NCBI RefSeq assembly: GCF_009914755.1
Contig: NC_060939.1
Length of the DNA stretch: 64,000 nt
Source: the human T2T-CHM13v2.0 reference genome, Homo sapiens
Strand: one strand, 5' to 3'
The notes beneath the pieces were generated by a model. It was not told the DNA's origin. It ran no database searches and saw only the letters and a list, made by a program, of their open reading frames with translations. Both the position numbers and the translations under genes were made by a program. Of this stretch, positions 55,981 through 64,000 are shown in pieces (the first letter of the stretch is position 1; the number at the start of each line of letters is the position of its first letter).

Positions 55981-58240
55981 CTTTGGCCACTTTTTAATAG
56001 GGTTTTTTGTTTTTCTCTTGTAAATTTAAGTTCCTTATATTGAATATTAGATCTTTGTCAGATACATAGTTTGTAAATATTTTTTTCTCATTCTGTAGGT
56101 TGTCTGTTCACCCTATTGATAATTTCTTTTGCTGAGCAGAAGCTTTTAAGTTTAATTAGATCTCACTTGCCAGTAGTTGCATTTGTTGTTTTTGGTGTCT
56201 TTATCATGAAATCCTTGCCTGTTTCTATGTCCAGGATGGTATTGCCTAGGCTGTCTTCCAGGGCTTTTATAGTTTTGGGTTTTACATTTAAGTATTTGGT
56301 CCATCTTGGGTTGATTTTTGCTTATGGTATAAGGAAGAAGTCCAACTTCAATCTTCTGCATATGGCTAGCCAGTTATCCCAGCACCATTTATTGAATAGG
56401 GAATCTTTCCCCATTGCTTGTTTTTGCCAGCTTTGTCAAAGATTAGATAGTTGTAGGTATGTGGTCTTACTTCTAACCTCTCTATTCTATTCCACTGGTG
56501 TATGTGTCTGTTTTTGTACTAGTACCATGCTGTTTTGGTTACTATAGTGCTGTAGTATAGTTTGAAGTCGGGTAATGTGATGCCTCAAGCTTTGTTCTTT
56601 TTGCTTAGCTACTTAAGTTCTTTCTTGGTTCTATATGAATTTTTAAATAGCTTTTTTCTACTTCTGTGAAGCATGTCATTGGTAGTTTAATAGGAATAGC
56701 CTTGGGCAGTACAACCATTTAAATGATACTAATTCTTTCTCTCCATTAACATGGAATGATTTTTCATTTATTTGTGTCTTCTCTGACTTCTTTGAACAGT
56801 GTTTTGTAATTTTCATTGTAGAGATTTTTCACCTCCCTGGTTAGCTGTATTCGTATGTACTTTATTCTTTTCGTGGAAATTGTGAATAAAATTGCCTCTG
56901 TGATTTGGCTCTTAGTTTGGCTCTTCTTGGTGTATAGGAATGCTAGCAAATTTTGTACATTGATTTTGTGTCCTGAAACTTTGTGGAAGTTGATTATCAG
57001 CTTAAGGAGTTTTTGGGTCACAACTATAGGGTTTAGATAGAGAATTATGTTGTCTGCAAACAGAGGTAGTTGGACTTCTCTTTCTATTTAAATACGCTTT
57101 ATTTCTTTCTCTTGTCTGATTGCTCCAGAAAGGACTTCTAATACTAGGTTGAATAGGAGTGGTGAGAGAGGGCATACTTGTCTTGTGCGGGTTTCAAGGA
57201 GGATGCGTCCAGATTTTGCCCATTTAGTATAATGTTGTCTGTGAGTTTGTCATAGGTGGCCTTTATTATTTTGAGGTATGTTCCTTTGATACCTCATTTA
57301 CTGAGAAGTTTTAAAATGAAGCTTTGTTGAATTTTACTGAAAGCCTTTTCTGCGTCTGTTGAGACAATCACGTAGTTCTTATCTTTAGTTTTATTTATGT
57401 TACGAATCACATTTTATTGATTTGCCCATGATGGACCAACCTTCCATTCCAGGGAAGAAGCTTACTTCACTATGGTGAATTAGCCTTTTGATGTGTTGCT
57501 AGATTCAGTTTGCAAGTATTTTGTTGTGGATTATTGAATGGATGTTCATCAAGGATACTGGCCTGAAGTTTTCTTTTTTTGTTGTGTCACTGCCAGTATT
57601 TGGTATCAGGATGATTCTGGCCTCATAGAACAAGTTGAGGAAGAGTCCCTCCTCCTCTATTTCTTGAAATAGTTTCAGTAGGACTGGTACTGGCTCTTCT
57701 TTGTACATCTGTTAAAATTTGTTAATCTATCAGGTCCTGGGATTTTTGGGGGGTTGGTAGGCTATTATGGATTCAATTTTTGGAGCTCATAATTGGTCTG
57801 CTCAGAGACTAAATTTCTTCCTGGTTCAGTCTTGAGAGAGTATATGTGTCCAGGAATTTATTAATCTCTTCTAGGGTTTCTAGTTTGTGTGTATAGAGGT
57901 GCTCATAGTAGTTGCTGGTTGTTATTTTTATTTCTCTGGGGTCAGTGGTAACATTCCCTTCATCATTTCTAATTTTGTTTATTTGAATCTTCTCTCTTTT
58001 CTTCTTTATTAATCTAGCTAGTGCCCTATCTATCTTATTAATTTTTTCAAAAAACCTTGATTAAGTGATTGTTTGAACAGTTTTTCATGTCTCAATTTCT
58101 TTCAATTCAGCTCTGATTTTAGTTATTTCTTGTCTTCTATAAGCTTTGTGGTTGAGTTCTTCTTGCTTCTCTAATTCTTTCAGTTATGATGTTAGGTTGT
58201 TAATTTGAGATATTTCTAATTTTTTGATATGAGCATTACT
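55981..58240 (-). mobile_element. older L1 ORF2 fragment
   Basis: minus peptides [22 protein letters not shown] and QKLLKLI.NF.KVSG.KINVQ. Confidence 0.9.
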
Positions 58241-60547
58241 TCTTATGCCCTACTCTAACTTTTGTCCCTCTAGAAAACTCAGAACTATGCTTTCTAAACC
58301 AATTCAAACTTTCTCAGTGAATCAACCTGGTCTCCCTGAGACAAAGTTAGCAATTTTCCATTACACATGGTTCTCTTTCTCTGTAAGAATATCTAATGCA
58401 ACAATGCAAGTGTTTCTTTCCCTCCTGGTAATGCAGGGAACTCCTTTTGGCTGAGACCAAGACTTAAAACCTTGTTCTCTCAACATTAATGATCTATTTA
58501 GAGAGCCTCCATTTTTACAGAAAAGATATACAAACACCAATGAAAATAAATATGAAATTATATGACATACAATTATATTGTCGAAAGACTGAATAAATAA
58601 ATGAACTAAGCTGTAAGAAAAAAAGATGATGATATTAAATGATATAGAAGTAAAAACGTGGGCTGGTATAGCATAATTAATGTATCAGTAAAGTATGTAC
58701 CTTTTAGAAGTGGCAGGAAGACAGCGTAGAGAGTGAGACCTGACCAAAAGCTTTAAGGAAAATTCTATACCCTTAAACGAGATTAAAGTGGACTCAGGAA
58801 AACATGCGCCACAAGAATGGAAGGACAAATATTCCAGACGGGCCAAATCTCAGAGCATCTCTACCTTCTCCAGGAGGAAAGGGGAGGCAAAGCAGCAGGC
58901 AGAAGACAGCACGGCCAGGTCAGCACAGGGCACCCAGGCCAAGCCAGGTGGGCTCCATCGTACAGGTAGTGATGAGCCACTGCCAGGTGGGCTTTATTCA
59001 TTAGTTTGTTTTGTTTCCTTTACTAACGAAGACACATGATCAAAGTTGACCTTAGTAAGTGTTGCTGCAGCTGAACAAAAAGATAGATAAAACCAGCGAT
59101 TTAAAAATTATGTTGTATACAGCACTAGCCTCAGTAAGATATTAGTAGAACACACAGGCACACACAGGCACACACACTCACACTGAGGCCAAATTATTCT
59201 GGCAAATGCTGGGTTAAGCAAACTAAAAGAAACATCTTTAGTGCTGGACTTCTCAGAACCTGGAATATGGCTATATGACTCATGAAACAGCAAGGTTAAG
59301 ACAGAGCATGTCATTTTTTCCCAGAAATGTTGAAACACTTTCCTTCCCTTGGCTTCAGTGTCACTTTCTTTCTCCTGGTTCTCCATCAACCTCTTTGGCT
59401 GCTCCTCCTTGATTTCCTTTTTGACAATCTGCTGCTGCTCAGCCATTCTCTTTTAATTCCCCAAGGATTTCTCAAGTGTGTTACTATTCCTGCATTTTAA
59501 ACTTTCCTTGTTTTTCCTGACCTCTCCTTGTCTGACCCTCCCCTGTTCTAAGGCAGGTGATCCATCTGTGTGTGCTTTTGGCATCCTGGGATGCTCCCAG
59601 CATGTTCCCTGCCACACTCCATCAAGTTTTCCCTGCAGACTCCTCAAAGGCAGCAGCCTTGTCTCCACCATTCCTTCAATGCTCAGTACGTAACACAGAA
59701 GCTGACTCCATAACATTTAGTTGGCCAACTGAGACTAAATGTATGTTCCTCTAGATCTTAAAAAGTTACAGAAACATAGCACAATAGTCAAAAAAATTGT
59801 CTTTAGTCAGGAGTTCTCCATATATGTACAACAGTTTGAAGTCATTATTAAGCAAAATGAAACAGAAACTGTCACAGAATTCCCTAAGATAAATTATTTT
59901 GCTTTAATCTTCAATTCATCATGTGAAATAATCAAGACCATGTGTTATTGTAAATATTTCTAGCTTACAACACAACAACCTGATTTTTACTGTTTGAAAT
60001 AACCGTAATATAAATCAGTTAATTAAAAATTGCATAAATAATCCTTTCAAATAAAATTCTGCCTAAATTTTACATTACTCATAAGTTCAAATGATAATGA
60101 GCTCATAGGATTTTCCAATACCTCAGTCAAAACATTGTACTGATTCCAGCTGTGGGAATAGTACCTGAAAGTTATCTTACAGATGGGGAAAAGGTACCTA
60201 TGTGACATTGGCCTTTGCACTACTGTACCCTTTTGGGTCAGGAAAAAGCTGTTCCCTTAAAATCCTAAAATCTCTTCTGTCAGGTCTAAAGGGTGGGTGG
60301 GAAACATAGTTTTTAAATTTTAGCCACAGATGTTTTATTCCTTGCTTAAAGCAGTGACTAGATAAAGGCCACTAGAAGAGTCTCCAACGTTTCTTTAGAA
60401 GCATGTGTCTGAGAACATCTTCCTGAAACACTCCCTTGCCTCTGCCCAAAATCACCTTAGGTAGGAAAATCACAACTCAGCAGGCTGAGGGGATCCAAGG
60501 GGATCATTGAGCTCTGAGGCTTATGAGAGAAGAGAGAGAGGTCTAAG

Positions 60548-61072
60548 ACTTTTTGTGTATAAATTTATGGGTTCCAAGTGCAATTTTGCTGTAAGCACGG
60601 ATGGCATAGTGGTGAAGTCAGGGCTTTTAGTGTATCCATCACTGGAATAATGCACATTGTACCCATTAAGTAATTTCTCACTGTTCACCTCTTCCATCCC
60701 CTCACCCTGCTGAGTCTCCATTATCATTCCACTCTCTACATCAATACCTACACATCTTTTAGCACCCGCTTATGAGTGATAAAATACGATGTTTACTCTG
60801 TGTCTGGCTTGTTTCACTTACAACAATGGCCTCCAGTTCCATCCATGTGTCTGCAAAAATTATGATTCTATTGTTTTTTACGCCTGAATAGTATTTCATT
60901 GTGTATATTTTCTACATTTTCTTTCTCCAATCATTTGTTGATGGACATTAGGTTGATTTTATATCTGTGCTACTGTGAATAGTGTTGCAACAAATATAAA
61001 AGTACAGTTATATTTCTGATACATTGATTTTTTTTTCCTTTGCAAAAATACTCAGCGGTGGGATTGCTGAAT
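60548..61072 (-). mobile_element. L1MA/PB-type 3' end
   Basis: antisense 3' UTR (agtggtgaagtcagggcttttagtgtatccatcac...ccagttccatccatgt). Confidence 0.8.
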
Positions 61073-61642
61073 CAGACAGAGCCAATTGATGATCAGTAAT
61101 GGTGGCCAATAATCAGCTGGAAACAAAGTACTTAGCAGGGCTTGAAAACACCAAAACTCTGAGACCACTGACCTTCAAAAACTTCAACAGCCCTGAGTGA
61201 AAAGTCCAAACACATTTATCTACCATTCAAAGACCCTTTATTGTCTGTCCTCTGCGCATCTCAGTAGTCTCTTTTTACCACACTGTCTATATACTGCATG
61301 AGTCATTTATATGAAACTATCTGACACTCCAAGGCATCTTATACTATATATTCAATCATGTATCCCTAGTAATTAGCACAGTCCTGGCATATAGTTTGCT
61401 ACTAAACTTTTGCAGAATGAAGGAATTATCTTGTATCCAGTTTCCAAGTTTTAAGGTGATTCTTCACTAAAAAAAAAGTATTACAGCTCACAAATAATCT
61501 ACTTCCTTTTTTAGAAATGGGATTGATTTTAATCTTATACCCTAATAACATTACTTTCATTTACTCTGATCTAAATATACTGTCCTAAGAGAGCAATAAG
61601 AAAGAGAGTTGAAGCTGGAGCTTGAATAATTGAACATGGTCC

Positions 61643-62169
61643 TGTGATACCCTACCTTGTCTAAACCTGAGTGACTCTCTCCTAGTGGAGAGAGAGCTGG
61701 ACAGACCCCATTTTAGTTTCTTCACATGCAGCCCCCTTTATCTCCCTTCCTTAAGGGCATAACTAGTGTAAACTGACTCAAAGCACATCCAGGAATGCGG
61801 TTACTATTAAGATATTGAGGCAAGCTGCACCAGCAGCTCCTGGGGACGCACTCAGTGAATGGCACCCATAACCCCTGTATTTCTCTCTTTGTGATAGTTT
61901 AAGCCCCTGCACCTGGAATGTTTTTTTTTTGTAACTGCTTCTGTAACCGATTAATTTTTTTAACTTTTTGCCAGCTCTGCTTCTGTAAAAATTGCTTCAG
62001 CTAAACTCCCCCCTCCCCTATTTAGACCATGGTATAAAAACAAAACCAGCCCCTTCCTCGGGGCCCAGAGAATTTTGAGCGTTAGCTGCCTCTCGGTCAC
62101 TGGCTAATAAAGGACTCCTTAATTTGTCTCAAAAGGTGGCGTTCCTCTATAACTCGCTTGGTTACAACA
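61643..62169 (+). mobile_element. complete solo ERV1 LTR (LTR6-like)
   Basis: TG...CA ends; GTCC TSD at 61639-61642 and 62170-62173; TATAAAAA at 62033-62040; AATAAA at 62106-62111. Confidence 0.85.
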
Positions 62170-64000
62170 GTCCACACTGTGGCCTGAGGTGCATCACCCA
62201 CCTGAGCTTCATCTGTTAGGTATGTCAGGGAAGATAAGCAGGGTGAGAGAGGCCTCATCAGAGGACCCCAGATCTCTGGCTTCCCCATCTGGCAAGTGCA
62301 CCTCTGTGAACAAAGACTTCAGAGCCAGATGACAAGAACGACCCAAGCAATCCACCAGGGAAACCTGGGCCCAGTGTACATCAATGCAGAGCATCAAGCA
62401 CGGTGTAACAGGTGCACAGTTGCCTATTCCTGTTCAGAGATGACTGCGTCTCACACACTGTAAAATGAGGAAATGCAGAGAAGCAGATGTAACTGAAGAA
62501 GACAGCAGGAACAACAAGGAGGGACAACCATGACCTAGGAGGGCACCATGCCAGAGACGCCTGGACCCTACGCTAGGGTCAGTGCTTGTTATACTCTTGG
62601 GACCCAGCGCTTTCCTTCTCCGTCATGTGGCATACTTGGCATTATTTGTTGTTTAAAATATTGTCCTTAGTTTTTACCTTTCATAGGAGACACAGGCAGA
62701 CCCTGTGACACTACAGTGTCTGGCACACAGTAGGTGCATCACAAACATCTGCCGACTTCACACTCTGTTGCCTTCTCAAGCCTTCTTGTCAAGTCTTCAG
62801 TGAAAAGGAATTGCTGATTGAGCAAGAATTAAACTTCTAGAGACTCCTGGATCCACTGAAGTTTGAGACAAGGTGAGATTTGTTTACTGCTATATTCCTA
62901 GCTCATAGCATACTGTAGTCAATTAAAAAATGTTTGTTGAATCAGTGAGTGAATTGATTCATACGTCATACTTAGCTATATATTTTCCGAGTAAAATTGA
63001 TAAATTTAATGGTTTACTTCTAGTATAATTTTACTTTACTTATTCAACAAACCTGACAATTCAACTAGGTGCCAGGCACACCGCTGCTGAAGAAAAAGAG
63101 GTATAAGATACAATTTCTGTCTACAAGAAGGCCACGGTCTAAAAAGTAGAAACATATGAACAAATCATAACAATAAACAGGCTAAATTCAAAATCAGAGG
63201 GGTTTGTTTCTATTTTAAACAGCTCTTGTCAGGAAGTGCGAGAAAGTTCTAAACAAGAAATGATCCAACACACCATCCAAGCATGAAGCAGAAGACACCC
63301 ATAATTGAGTTTGCTTCCACCAACCCCAACAGCAAGAATTCCAGTCCTGCTGCTACAAAGTAAGTGTCACTCTGATTTTATTACTGCTGTGTAATGCAGT
63401 TTTAGACTCTTGGGTTTTCACTTAATGTTCTAAAAAAGTATTAAAGAGAAAATATTTTTATGGTGATGAGCCCATCCACTGCAGCCATCTCAACATCATA
63501 CCAGTTATAAGCCCTATCATTTAAAAAGAAAACTGTTAGTTTAACTTATTTATCCAAATATCAGTATTAGATAAACATGTTTGTCATCAGACTTTGGATT
63601 TATGGGTTAAATAGCATATAAATATGATTAGAGCCTTAAAGTTTACACTTTTCTGGTTTGCTCAAATTTTATTCAAAATAACATATGTCTTTCAAAAAAA
63701 TTGTTAGTATATATTTTTAAATGAACATTAAAATATATATTTTCCAAAAACAAAATACAGCTCCCATTGGTAAATGATGATGTTGAGATACAACAGACAA
63801 CTTCTCTTGGGAACCATTTAATCAGTGCTCACTTTTGCACTCTTTCCAGAAATGTCAATGGCTTTAAAATGCAAAAGTATATTATACAACTAAACTTACA
63901 CTTATCAGTATTGTGCAATATTTAGTACTTGTTCTAGCTATCTCTTGCTGAATAGTAAGCCATTCCAAAACTTAAGGAATTATTTATTGTTTAATATTGT

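Overview
This is primate (human or great-ape) DNA, mostly AT- and repeat-rich, with the architecture of a pericentromeric/subtelomeric segmental-duplication mosaic related to the FSHD 4q35 region. From left to right it contains: (1) exons 3-9 of an intron-containing FRG1 paralog (+), with a premature stop in exon 3 and a broken last-exon acceptor but an open frame from an internal ATG through exon 8; (2) a single orphan MLLT10 (AF10) exon (-); (3) an L1/Alu/MaLR/ERVL-rich block with many short local tandem duplications, a ~530-bp purine tract and a ~1.5-kb TG tract; (4) a truncated Tigger1 carrying a triplicated terminus and the MIR4477-type hairpin; (5) fused directly to it, a homeobox-less D4Z4/DUX4-like fragment; (6) fused to that, two diverged 5S rDNA repeat units (-), one with a near-full-length 5S copy with a perfect D box and a solo LTR2 in its spacer; (7) old L1 sequence and a solo ERV1 LTR. 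No intact canonical protein-coding gene is present. The long ORFs in the track are low-complexity or L1 artefacts. I found no convincing wholly new biological system; the best leads are residual coding/ncRNA potential in the pseudogenes and the rearrangement signatures. Family and subfamily names come from recalled consensus sequences, not database searches, and repeat boundaries are approximate.
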